Assembly: GCA_016789645.1 (NCBI GenBank)
Contig: JAEUQP010000041.1
Coordinates: forward strand, 1,570-65,569
Direction of reading: 5' to 3'
From: Acidobacteriota bacterium
Lineage (GTDB): Bacteria > Acidobacteriota > Blastocatellia > RBC074
DNA length: 64,000 bases
Shown here: positions 31,499 through 40,204 of the stretch, in pieces
Layout: every line of letters starts with the position of its first letter
Position numbering within the stretch: position 1 is the first letter of the stretch
Made by a program: the position numbers and the translations under genes
Notes under the pieces: model-generated
What the model was told of the DNA's origin: nothing
The model's input: the letters and a program-made list of their open reading frames with translations, nothing else
The model's database searches: none

Positions 31499-32605
31499 AT
31501 GAAAGTTTTCTCCATTTTCGGCACTCGCCCCGAAGCCATCAAAATGGCTCCAGTGGTGAAAGAACTCGGCAAACATTCGGAAATTGAAAGTGTCGTGTGC
31601 GTCACGGCTCAGCATCGTCAGATGCTGGATCAGGTGCTGGAACTGTTCGGCATTCCGCCAGATTACGATTTGAACTTGATGCAGCCCAATCAGTCGTTGG
31701 CTCAATTGACGGCGAAAGCGTTGGTCGAACTGGATGTCGTGCTGGCAAAAGAACAGCCCGATTGGGTGCTGACGCAAGGCGACACGACCACGGCCATGGT
31801 TGGCGCGTTGGCCGGATTTTACCGCCGCATCAAAGTCGGCCACGTCGAAGCCGGTTTGAGAACCTGGGACAAGTTCCAGCCCTTTCCTGAAGAAATCAAT
31901 CGCAAAATCGCCGATGCCGTGTGCGATTTGCACTTTGCCCCGACTGAGCAATCCCGCGACAACTTGCTGCGCGAATCGGTTCATTCGTCCAGCATCATCG
32001 TCACCGGCAACACCGTCATTGACGCGCTGCTGGAAGTCGCCTCTAAAAATTACGACTGGAGCTCTGGCGAACTGGCGGCAGTCCCGCGTGACAAACGAAT
32101 CTTGCTGGTGACGGCGCATCGCCGCGAAAACTTCGGCCAGCCGCTGGTGGAAATTTGTCAGGCATTGAAAGAAATTGCGGCTCGCTTTGCTGATGTTCAG
32201 GTCGTTTATCCGGTTCATCTGAATCCGAACGTCCAGCAAGTCGTTCAAGCGGAACTTGGCGACATTGCCAATATCACTTTGCTAGCGCCACTCGATTATT
32301 TGCCGCTGGTGCAATTGATGAAGGCTTCGTATTTGGTGCTGACTGATTCCGGTGGGCTGCAAGAAGAAGCGCCGGGGCTTGGCAAGCCTGTCTTGGTGCT
32401 GCGCGAAGTCACTGAACGCCCGGAAGGCGTCGCAGCTGGAACCGTCCAATTGGTGGGCACAAATAAAGACCGCATCGTCGCTGCGACGATGCGTCTGCTG
32501 ACTGATGCCGCCGAATACAACCGCATGGCTCAGGCTGTCAATCCGTACGGCGACGGCAAGGCCAGCCAACGCATTGTCGAAAGCCTGCTATCGTTTCAAA
32601 AATAA
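31499..32605 (+). CDS. wecB: UDP-N-acetylglucosamine 2-epimerase (non-hydrolysing)
   Basis: MKVFSIFGTRPEAIKMAPV...HVEAGLRT...full-length Epimerase_2 signature; start at ATG 31499. Confidence 0.85.
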   Translation: MKVFSIFGTRPEAIKMAPVVKELGKHSEIESVVCVTAQHRQMLDQVLELFGIPPDYDLNLMQPNQSLAQLTAKALVELDVVLAKEQPDWVLTQGDTTTAMVGALAGFYRRIKVGHVEAGLRTWDKFQPFPEEINRKIADAVCDLHFAPTEQSRDNLLRESVHSSSIIVTGNTVIDALLEVASKNYDWSSGELAAVPRDKRILLVTAHRRENFGQPLVEICQALKEIAARFADVQVVYPVHLNPNVQQVVQAELGDIANITLLAPLDYLPLVQLMKASYLVLTDSGGLQEEAPGLGKPVLVLREVTERPEGVAAGTVQLVGTNKDRIVAATMRLLTDAAEYNRMAQAVNPYGDGKASQRIVESLLSFQK

Positions 32606-32659
32606 AGCTCGACCGCTTGCAAGATGAAAACCTGAAACGTAGACTCTGCGCCGTCTTTA

Positions 32660-32745
32660 GCCGGGGTGGTGGAACTGGTAGACACACAGGACTTAAAATC
32701 CTGAGACTCGAAAGGGTCGTGCGGGTTCGATTCCCGCCCTCGGCA
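32660..32745 (+). tRNA. tRNA-Leu (anticodon TAA), type II with long variable arm
   Basis: Acceptor stem GCCGGGG/CCTCGGC, anticodon loop CTTAAAA, long extra arm, T-loop GGTTCGATTCC. Confidence 0.8.
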
Positions 32746-32766
32746 TCAAGTCGCGCTGTAAGTGAT

Positions 32767-33990
32767 TTACTTGCAGCGCGACTTGTCGTTTCTGTCCACG
32801 GATTGGCCAATCTGCGCCAGAGTTTGCGCTGCGCGGCCCATCGCCCCCGGCGTGTGATGCAGATAATGCGCAATCAATTCCTTGGCCGTGTGCCCGGTGA
32901 TTTGCCCGATGGTGTCAAAATCCATGCCGGCATTTGCCAATCGCGTCGTCACGGTGTGTCGAGTGGTATGGAGCACAACTCCGTCGGCGGTGCGCTTGCC
33001 ATACGGAATTTCGCATTGTTCACATGCCGTTTTCAGAATTCGATAAAATTTGGGATAGATTTTTCCACTGGCGCCAAACACAAACGCGCCGCGCTTTCCC
33101 TGCTCCGCTTCGGCCAGCACGTCGCGCATCGGTTCCGTAATCGGGATCTGCTTGTAACGGTCTGTTTTGGCCTGGTAGATCAACACCCGCCCATTGTCGC
33201 GGTCAATATCCGTCCACCGCAATCCAACGATTTCCGAATGACGCGCGCCGCTGAGCATGGCGAATTGCAAAATCCAGCCAACCCGGACGCGAGCCTGGTG
33301 CGCGTTGTGGCGATTTTGCGCCCGCGCGTCGCCGTCCAGGGCATCCGGCGGACGGCGAAGCCAGGTCAACAGCCGGACATACTCTTCTTCGCTGAGAATT
33401 CGTTCGCGGCGAGATTTTTTAACTTTTAATCGAGGAATGCGCGGCGGTCGCCAAGAATTTAATTCCGGAAAAAAACTGGCGGCGGCGTTCAGGGTTGCCG
33501 CGATCACGTTCAGTTCCCGGTTGACACTCGACGCGGCCTGTCCCTGCTCAGTCCTGAGCGTGGCGTATTGGCGAATCTGAGGCGTTTCCAGCCCCTCCAC
33601 CGTCACCGGCGATTGATACCCTCCGACAGGGCAAAATCGTTCGTCTAGCGTCACCAGCGGGTCCAGCAACCGCAACCAGGTAAACAGCACTCGCCGGGCG
33701 CGAGACCGTTCGGCAGTCGGCGTGATGGTGGCCAGCCGGAGGGTGATCAGTTGCTGCAACCGAGGCCGGTCTTTGGCCAGCGCAAATCCGTATCTGGCTG
33801 CCCGCTCGGTTTCCCGGATGGCGGCAATGGCGCGCTCCGCTTCCGCGCGCGAAGTGAATCCCTTGGTTCGAACCCGCCGGCGTGGCTTCCCTGCTCCCTG
33901 AGAAATGCGAATATCAATTTCCCAGACCGGGTTCCCGGCTTCGTCGAAGAGTGGTTTTTTGTCCAGTCCTTTTGCTCGTTTAATGGCCAT
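32767..33990 (-). CDS. int: Tyrosine-type site-specific integrase
   Basis: C-terminal catalytic region HTTRHTVTTRLANAGMDFDTIGQITGHTAKELIAHYLH (R..H..R..Y type); adjacent to the tRNA 3' end; start at ATG 33990 (MAIKRAKG). Confidence 0.85.
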   Translation of the reverse strand: MAIKRAKGLDKKPLFDEAGNPVWEIDIRISQGAGKPRRRVRTKGFTSRAEAERAIAAIRETERAARYGFALAKDRPRLQQLITLRLATITPTAERSRARRVLFTWLRLLDPLVTLDERFCPVGGYQSPVTVEGLETPQIRQYATLRTEQGQAASSVNRELNVIAATLNAAASFFPELNSWRPPRIPRLKVKKSRRERILSEEEYVRLLTWLRRPPDALDGDARAQNRHNAHQARVRVGWILQFAMLSGARHSEIVGLRWTDIDRDNGRVLIYQAKTDRYKQIPITEPMRDVLAEAEQGKRGAFVFGASGKIYPKFYRILKTACEQCEIPYGKRTADGVVLHTTRHTVTTRLANAGMDFDTIGQITGHTAKELIAHYLHHTPGAMGRAAQTLAQIGQSVDRNDKSRCK

Positions 33991-34000
33991 AAAACACAGC

Positions 34001-34045
34001 AAAAACCAGTACTGATTTCAGTCAAAAAATCAGTACTGGTTTTTT
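34001..34045. promoter_or_regulatory. Palindrome (17-bp arms, 10-nt spacer) with ATCAGTACTG core, upstream of int
   Basis: AAAAACCAGTACTGATT-tcagtcaaaa-AATCAGTACTGGTTTTT; shares its core with the 61-bp palindrome at 34468-34528. Confidence 0.5.
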
Positions 34046-34049
34046 GAGG

Positions 34050-34373
34050 TTAAACAATTGAAACGGCGGCAGTTGTCCGCCATTCTAAAACACGGCCTAA
34101 AACCTTCAGTTTTGCGCGCTGGCAACAGATGATTCTGGCCGCCTGGAGTAGCCAGTCGCAGCCCGCCACGTTGGGAAACCAGCGGCCTACAACCAGAACC
34201 CCATTGATCAGTGCCAGTACGAGATCGCCCGCCTGGGCAGTCACGTGCCGGGTTACGGTGAAAAGTTTTCCGACGGCAATCTGGGAACCGTCGGCGATGG
34301 TCTCAAAGAGCACACACCCGGCGACAATGGCCGGGTCCAGGGTAACGAGCATACAAGCAGACTCCTGTTGCAC
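34050..34373 (-). CDS. Hypothetical protein (weak resemblance to S24/UmuD-like fold)
   Basis: 107 aa; GDLVLALINGVLVVGRW resembles an S24 beta-strand region, but the catalytic Ser/Lys are not evident. Confidence 0.3.
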   Translation of the reverse strand: MQQESACMLVTLDPAIVAGCVLFETIADGSQIAVGKLFTVTRHVTAQAGDLVLALINGVLVVGRWFPNVAGCDWLLQAARIICCQRAKLKVLGRVLEWRTTAAVSIV

Positions 34374-34467
34374 CTCACAGCAGCCCGCAAGTGTGGGTTT
34401 TGGGATGGTGGTTTTTGTCCTGAGTCTTCCCTGAAAAGCGGACCGAAGCCCGGCTGTTTTCAGAGTC

Positions 34468-34528
34468 GAAACTTGACCGCAAATTATCAGTACTGAGGAT
34501 CAGTACTGATAATTTGCGGTCAAGTTTC
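34468..34528. promoter_or_regulatory. Perfect 61-bp palindrome (29-bp arms, 3-nt spacer)
   Basis: GAAACTTGACCGCAAATTATCAGTACTGA-gga-TCAGTACTGATAATTTGCGGTCAAGTTTC; intergenic, between prophage early genes. Confidence 0.6.
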
Positions 34529-34741
34529 TGAAACGATTCGAGTTACGTACACCTGCAAAACAGGGGTAAAAGAAGTGGAAAATGGCGTGTGTGTCAGTCG
34601 TTTTTTGCGTGATTTATTAGGAGATTCAGGCGCGCGACCATCGGTGATTCCGAGACGTCACGGGCGGCCAGGCCGTTGCCGATTCGTCGGGGTGGCAAGC
34701 GCGCCTGAAACGGGCCGTCTGCAAAATTTGCAGCCGGCGAT

Positions 34742-34944
34742 TTATCGTTGGAGATTGGTTTGCAGTCCGGTCAGGAAAACAGCCAGCAACCAGTACAGCA
34801 GGCCGATTACGATCGAAACGATGATGGCCGCCGGAATTGCCGCCAGGGTCGCTTTGACCATAAACCGAACCATTGAGCCGAACGGCATGTTGATGTCGGT
34901 AATGACAACCTTTCCGTCAATCTGTTGTGTATTTAATTCAAGCA
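34742..34944 (-). CDS. Small membrane protein (MPFGSMVRFMVK family)
   Basis: 67 aa (MLELNTQQIDGKVVITDINMPFGSMVRFMVKATLAAIPAAIIVSIVIGLLYWLL); one TM helix. Confidence 0.45.
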
Positions 34945-34967
34945 TGCGGCTAATTCCTTTCCGAAAA

Positions 34968-35594
34968 TTATGGGCACGGAACCTTGCGTCCGTTTTCATA
35001 GCATTTGCGCTGACCTGGTTCGACCTGGGTCGAGGCCGGGCCGGGCGCTGCTTTGGATTCAATTGCCAGGACGCCGGAAACCTCGGTTTCTTCAGAGACG
35101 GCCACTTGAAAAATTTGCCCGGCGGGAATCGCTGCCTGTTTGCCCTTCTTAAATCCCCAGAGCAGTCCAAGCGGCCCTAAAAAGAACGATGTCACCGCAA
35201 CGCCAGTCAGCATCGTTCCGCGCGCATTGTCACCTTTTGCTGTGGAAGTGAAGGCCAAGGGGACGCGTGTGCCGTCAGTTGCGGTCGTCCCGTCAATTGT
35301 CCAAATGAGCTGACCACCTTTCCCCCACGAACCGGCTTTTTTGGCTTTTTCGACGCGCGCAATCGCTGCGGCTCCGCGATCAATTACGATAATCCCTTTG
35401 ACCCTGACCGGCTCGACAACATTGAAAACAACCTGACTGCCTTCTTTGACCTGATCAGAGCGCACCTCCGAAGCCAATGCAATTTGAACGATGGTTCCCT
35501 GTGCAATTTTGACGGCAACCGGCTGCTGCTGTTGCGCAATAGTCGCATGCGTCAAACTGAAAATCAGAAAAATGGTAACAAACAACTTCTTCAT
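34968..35594 (-). CDS. Secreted hypothetical protein (prophage moron)
   Basis: Signal peptide MKKLFVTIFLIFSLTHATIAQQ; 208 aa; no recognisable domain. Confidence 0.5.
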   Translation of the reverse strand: MKKLFVTIFLIFSLTHATIAQQQQPVAVKIAQGTIVQIALASEVRSDQVKEGSQVVFNVVEPVRVKGIIVIDRGAAAIARVEKAKKAGSWGKGGQLIWTIDGTTATDGTRVPLAFTSTAKGDNARGTMLTGVAVTSFFLGPLGLLWGFKKGKQAAIPAGQIFQVAVSEETEVSGVLAIESKAAPGPASTQVEPGQRKCYENGRKVPCP

Positions 35595-35627
35595 CGGCTG
35601 AACCCTTTCCGGGGCTGTAAGTAAAGA

Positions 35628-35963
35628 TTACGGGGCAGATGTGCCTACGATCAGACACCGGCATCCATAAAAACACGTGCAATTGGAATGCGGTAGCGCT
35701 GGCGGACGATCAAAACTGAACTCTCGCTGGTTATCCAGAAAACAAGCCGGACACGCATCTGCTGGAACTATCACTTTTGCTGCGCTAAAAATATCCGTGT
35801 TTTCTAAAATTTGTTTCCAGTCTCGCCTTTGAGCTTCTGCGTTTCGAATGGTTGCCAAAAGTCGCTTTTGATTGGTCTTTATTGGCAGTTTCTTGCCGCA
35901 CTGGTCGCAATACTGCCAATCAACGTTGACCTCCAGGTCGCATCGAGGACACTCAAATTTCAC
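35628..35963 (-). CDS. Zinc-ribbon hypothetical protein
   Basis: CPRCDLEV...CDQCGKK zinc ribbon; 111 aa. Confidence 0.4.
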   Translation of the reverse strand: MKFECPRCDLEVNVDWQYCDQCGKKLPIKTNQKRLLATIRNAEAQRRDWKQILENTDIFSAAKVIVPADACPACFLDNQREFSFDRPPALPHSNCTCFYGCRCLIVGTSAP

Positions 35964-35968
35964 ACGGT

Positions 35969-36304
35969 TTAACCTTTGCGAGGCTTTGCAGAAGCCACAG
36001 GCCGAACTTCGTCTTCCACCAGGCTTTCTGCCATCACAATCGGTAATTTGCCGAACTGGGACAATAGTTCGGCGGTCGCGGGGTCGGGGCGCAGGGATGT
36101 GGCAGATTCTTCAGGTTCATCCAGTAAGCCATCGCGCCGGTAGGCAGCTAGGCCGCGCGCAATCAATTTTCTCGCAATCTGACTTCGCGATCTGTCGGTG
36201 CCTATTGCTAATTTTTCAATAACATCTGCGGTCGCCGACGGAACTTTACAAGGAACCTCTACCAGCATTTCACTACGATCTTTTTTAGGTCTGCCCACAG
36301 CCAT
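35969..36304 (-). CDS. Ribbon-helix-helix DNA-binding protein (candidate prophage repressor)
   Basis: MAVGRPKKDRSEMLVEVPCKV...RSRSQIARKLIARGL RHH pattern; divergent from the RHH gene at 36387. Confidence 0.5.
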   Translation of the reverse strand: MAVGRPKKDRSEMLVEVPCKVPSATADVIEKLAIGTDRSRSQIARKLIARGLAAYRRDGLLDEPEESATSLRPDPATAELLSQFGKLPIVMAESLVEDEVRPVASAKPRKG

Positions 36305-36386
36305 TTTGTACCTCAAAAACTTTTTTAGCAGTATAAACTTTTTTCGCTTGCAAAAGGATTTTCGCTAGCGTAAATTCCCGCTCGCA

Positions 36387-36599
36387 ATGGAACACGAAAC
36401 TGATAACAACAAAGCGCAAAGAAAAGCTGTTTCAGCGGTCACGCTCGACCCTCAAGTTCAACAGCGCCTTCTCGCAATCGCTGCCGAAAAAGATTGGAGT
36501 GCTGCCAAAACTGGCGGCTGGCTGATCAAGCTCGGACTGGAAAAACTGGACGCTGAACAGCAGTCTCGCTCAACCCAAGAAATAGCAGTCGCGGCATAA
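36387..36599 (+). CDS. Ribbon-helix-helix (CopG-like) DNA-binding protein (candidate Cro-like)
   Basis: VTLDPQVQQRLLAIAAEKDWSAAKTGGWLIKLGLEKL RHH pattern. Confidence 0.5.
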   Translation: MEHETDNNKAQRKAVSAVTLDPQVQQRLLAIAAEKDWSAAKTGGWLIKLGLEKLDAEQQSRSTQEIAVAA

Positions 36600-36613
36600 C
36601 AGCCCCCGATCTG

Positions 36614-37366
36614 TTGCCCCAGAACGGAACCACAATGGCGAAATGCTTCATTTGCAGCAAAGACCTGACCAACCCGGAACACGCGGCACGCGGTTACGGA
36701 GAGGATTGCCAGCGCAAATACCAGACCTACCTGGCCAGCGCCGGCACTTCCGAAGCGGAACTGGCCGAACTGGACGCCACGGGCGACGAAGCCGTGTTGC
36801 GCCGGGTGCGGAATTTCCGGCAGTCGCTCGGATCGGGACGCCGGCGCGAGATTGAACAGACCCTGGCGGCGGCCCGGCGCGAAGCCGGACACCTGGAAGC
36901 CACTCAACTGGGACTGACCGAGCGGGAATACTTTGATTACGTGGACCGGCGAGCGGCAGGCGAACCTGCCGCCGAACTGAAGGCCGAAGTCGAAACCGCC
37001 AATCAGGCAATCGCACTGGAGCGCGAGCGGTATCTGGCCGAAGGCGCGATCAAGATCGTGCATGCACTGATGGAGCAGGTGAATCACGAAGTGACGCGAA
37101 TCAAAGACCGCGATTTTATCGCCGGACATTCGACCGACACTCGAAACATGGCGACAGGACTGCAAACCGCGCTGGTGATCGCCATTGCGCACACGGATTT
37201 GCCGACCGACGAATTGATCGCGGTTGCGGACCGGCAGGGATGGTTGACGACCGAACGATTTTTGCAACAAAGCGCGATCCGGATTCACCAGGAGCGCACG
37301 TTCCGACAAGGCATTGAACGCCGATTGCTGGCCGATGCGCCGGCGGAACTGAAGCGCGCGGCTTAA
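36614..37366 (+). CDS. Hypothetical phage protein with N-terminal Cys motif (DUF6011-like)
   Basis: CFICSKDLTNPEHAARGYGEDC resembles the CxxC...G.G..C zinc motif found in phage early proteins. Confidence 0.45.
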   Translation: MPQNGTTMAKCFICSKDLTNPEHAARGYGEDCQRKYQTYLASAGTSEAELAELDATGDEAVLRRVRNFRQSLGSGRRREIEQTLAAARREAGHLEATQLGLTEREYFDYVDRRAAGEPAAELKAEVETANQAIALERERYLAEGAIKIVHALMEQVNHEVTRIKDRDFIAGHSTDTRNMATGLQTALVIAIAHTDLPTDELIAVADRQGWLTTERFLQQSAIRIHQERTFRQGIERRLLADAPAELKRAA

Positions 37367-37713
37367 CTCCCCCGCGGTGCCCCAGGCCGGGAACGGCGCG
37401 AGGTTTACCTCCGCCTCACTGGGCGTCGTTCCCGGCACGTTGAACAGGTTTTTGAATTGAGACACAGACACAGACGACACAAATCTCCCCTGTAGGGTTT
37501 GGGTTTGTCTGCGATGTCATTAGGAATCGTAGGCAGGGGCGGAGCGGACAGCAGGAAATGGTGCCCCGGCTGTCCGTTTCGCTGAAAGTTGCACAGTTCG
37601 ACGACCGGTAAATGCGCCGGTTTGCCGAAACCAGTAACGGCGACGGGAAAGCGTCGTTGCTGAACCGCGAGCGGGTCAAATCCACTTTACCCGCTCGCGA
37701 CATTAAAAATTGT

Positions 37714-38046
37714 ATGCCGAAAACAATCGAACAAGCAAATGACTGGATCGGGCTGAAAGCAGCAGCGGCATACATGCACGTGAACGAGAAAACGCTGCGA
37801 CAGCGCGTGCCGGGCACGAATCGCTGGTTGCATTATCCGCAACTGACCCGGATTCAACTGGTCGAAAAGGGAAATATCTATTTTCTGCGGTCGGAGCTGG
37901 CTGCCTGGAAACAGCAGGTCGAGGAACAGGCGCGAGCCGCTCGGCCCATCGAATTCGCCGGCACGCCGGAAAATCCGTTTACCCGGCTCCGCGACAGATT
38001 GGCGGCTTATCCTGACCTGTTGCGCCAGCTCGGCGTTGAGGGGTGA
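37714..38046 (+). CDS. Excisionase/MerR-like HTH DNA-binding protein
   Basis: WIGLKAAAAYMHVNEKTLRQ...IYFLRSELAAW HTH pattern; start at ATG 37714. Confidence 0.5.
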   Translation: MPKTIEQANDWIGLKAAAAYMHVNEKTLRQRVPGTNRWLHYPQLTRIQLVEKGNIYFLRSELAAWKQQVEEQARAARPIEFAGTPENPFTRLRDRLAAYPDLLRQLGVEG

Positions 38047-38049
38047 CAC

Positions 38050-38301
38050 ATGGAAATCTGGATCGCAATCGGAATCCCATTGTTTTTTTTGGGTGGCGCC
38101 GGAATCGGCTACCTGTTCGGCAGGCTGGATCAACGGAACTGGCTGGCAGAGCAATACAAAGTGGCTTGCTGGCAGCGTGACCAGGCGATTCAACAGCGCG
38201 ATCGCGCACGCGCCGAACGCATGACGCTCTACGCTCAGGTGCATCACCTCCAGAGCGAAGTAAACCGGATTTGGAACGCCGAAAATCATCCGACAAATTG
38301 A
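38050..38301 (+). CDS. Small membrane-anchored coiled-coil protein
   Basis: N-terminal TM helix (IAIGIPLFFLGGAGIGYLFG) followed by a charged helix. Confidence 0.35.
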   Translation: MEIWIAIGIPLFFLGGAGIGYLFGRLDQRNWLAEQYKVACWQRDQAIQQRDRARAERMTLYAQVHHLQSEVNRIWNAENHPTN

Positions 38302-38785
38302 ATTTGATCTTCCCGGCAAACGGTTGGCCGTTGACGTTGCCGGGACCTGTCGCAACGGTCGGCTTTTAGTGAAGCGACACTACCTTACGTCTTGCTTGGC
38401 CGGTGCGGTCTTCATCCCACTGCACCGGCGCTTTTCCCGCACACACCATGCTTCGAAATCTGCTGGCACTTGAATGCATCGGCAATCGGCACTGGCCGGG
38501 GCATCGCGTCGCCGTAACGGAAATCGGCGCGATGGCAACCGTGCCGGAATTAAGCGAGGTTCAGCAAGCGCGCCAGGTGCGAATTCATCGTCAGGGCGCT
38601 GCGCTGGTGCGCGGCGGTCGCGCAACCGCTCGACTGGAATCACGCGCTACCGGCGCACTGACCGAGCGTCAGGATCAACAACTGCGGCTGGCGTTGCAGG
38701 TGGCCGAAGAAGCTCGATTGAGAACGGTTGTGCAAAATTTTCAAACCCGACAAGACGCGCTTCGAATGGCAGCATAGGAGAAAGA

Positions 38786-39628
38786 ATGAAGTTCAGTCAT
38801 CAGGTAAAAATCGGAGAATCCGTCATCACTATTGAAGACTCTGCTGAATCTATTGCCGAGGTCTGGCAGAAAATTGCCTTTTGGCACTCGCTGCCGCAAC
38901 GCGCACCAAAGGGCGCAACCGATCTGCGATTGGAATTCCGCACTCCCAAAGACAAGTCTGGCAGTCCGGTGGAATATTATTCCATCGTGTGCCTTTCAGA
39001 ACGAAAGGAATTTAAGCTTGGCCAGCGGCGAGGCAATGCCGGCAGTCTATTTCCAAAGCAATGGGAGGATTGGAAACCAGGGAAAGACGAGGACTTCGAC
39101 GAGGAAGAGGCCGGTCAACAGCCGCCAACAACCAACAACCAGCTACCGCCCACCAAGTCCGACAACGTTTCGCCATTTGTAGCGAAACCGTTGACGGAAG
39201 ACGAACTGAAATTTCGCGCGCAGCGACTGGTCACAGAAGGCCGCGTCACGTTCGACGCGGCCAGCAAAACCTACACCGTGCAGGTCAACGACAAAATCAG
39301 CTACCAAGTAAAACCAGGGCCGACTTGCGACTGCGAACGGTTCAGATCTGCCCCCGAATCCAATTTTCGCTGCGAACACATTCGCGCGGTGGCGCTGTTT
39401 ACCAGCGGGCCGCTGAAACCGGCGCAGCGCGACGAGTTGAAGCTGCTGGTTGCCGATCTGCTCGAAGCCGGCGTGCCGGACACGGAAATTGACGCCGCCA
39501 TCGCAAAGGTCTGTGACGGGTTGTACGTGGTGGAAGAGTTATCACCTGAGCAGATTGCGAAAGCGATTCGCACGTTGCAGGGAAAACTAAACGTACTGGC
39601 TGTCACTCGATACTCGGAGGTGGCATGA
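38786..39628 (+). CDS. SWIM zinc-finger protein
   Basis: CDCERFRSAPESNFRCEHIRAV, i.e. a CxC...CxH SWIM motif; AGGAG ribosome-binding site before ATG 38786. Confidence 0.5.
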   Translation: MKFSHQVKIGESVITIEDSAESIAEVWQKIAFWHSLPQRAPKGATDLRLEFRTPKDKSGSPVEYYSIVCLSERKEFKLGQRRGNAGSLFPKQWEDWKPGKDEDFDEEEAGQQPPTTNNQLPPTKSDNVSPFVAKPLTEDELKFRAQRLVTEGRVTFDAASKTYTVQVNDKISYQVKPGPTCDCERFRSAPESNFRCEHIRAVALFTSGPLKPAQRDELKLLVADLLEAGVPDTEIDAAIAKVCDGLYVVEELSPEQIAKAIRTLQGKLNVLAVTRYSEVA

Positions 39629-40203
39629 ACTGGCAAGAAGTCGAGCCGCGGATTCAGGCGCTAAAGCCGGGCATTGGCCTGGTCGAGACGAGGATCCTCG
39701 GCGTGCTGTGCGCAGCGTACAAAGTCGGAGCCGACGTGCAGCGCATAGCTGATTTAACCGGTTACAAGACTGGGGATGTTCACGACGCGCTGACAGAGTT
39801 GCGCAACAAAATGCTGGTCATGAACAAACTGGTCGCCGAGCGTGACGTACTCCGCGCCTTGCCGGGCGCCGAACCCCTATTGAAAGGATTGCTGGTGGAT
39901 CAGTTGCCGGCAATCGAGGCTTTGTCACAACCCAACCCATCACCGGAGAACAAGCAAATGGAACAAGAATTTTGTAAATGCGGCAGACCTGCGCGTCATC
40001 GCGGTTACTGCAAAGGAAGCCGGGGCAAGGCTTCCCGCAACAGCACTACCACCCAACACGCGCCGGCGGCAACCATCGAGGTCAGCGGCGTATCGTTCCG
40101 GGTGTATTGCGAGACCGACGGACAGAAATACGAGGCCTCCGGCTCGTCGCTGCCGCAATTCAACGCAGCGATGAGCGTCGTTGAACGAATGCTAGGAGCG
40201 TGA
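39625..40203 (+). CDS. Hypothetical protein (wHTH-like N-terminus, C-terminal Cys cluster)
   Basis: 192 aa; CKCGRPARHRGYCKG cluster; start overlaps the upstream stop (translational coupling). Confidence 0.4.
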   Translation: MNWQEVEPRIQALKPGIGLVETRILGVLCAAYKVGADVQRIADLTGYKTGDVHDALTELRNKMLVMNKLVAERDVLRALPGAEPLLKGLLVDQLPAIEALSQPNPSPENKQMEQEFCKCGRPARHRGYCKGSRGKASRNSTTTQHAPAATIEVSGVSFRVYCETDGQKYEASGSSLPQFNAAMSVVERMLGA

Positions 40204-40204
40204 A

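Noticed and set aside
31277-32248. 323-aa minus-strand ORF
   Set aside because: Fully antisense to wecB, which has unambiguous epimerase motifs.
34050-34373. LexA/CI-type S24 repressor call for the 107-aa protein
   Set aside because: Only a vague GDLVLA…NG..VVGRW resemblance; no HTH and no clear Ser/Lys dyad. Kept as a hypothetical protein at low confidence.
34575-35180. 201-aa plus-strand ORF
   Set aside because: Overlaps two convincing minus-strand genes (signal-peptide protein and small TM protein); Arg/Gly-rich composition.
36458-37480. 340-aa minus-strand ORF
   Set aside because: Antisense to the phage early gene 36614-37366 and to the RHH gene; no motif support.
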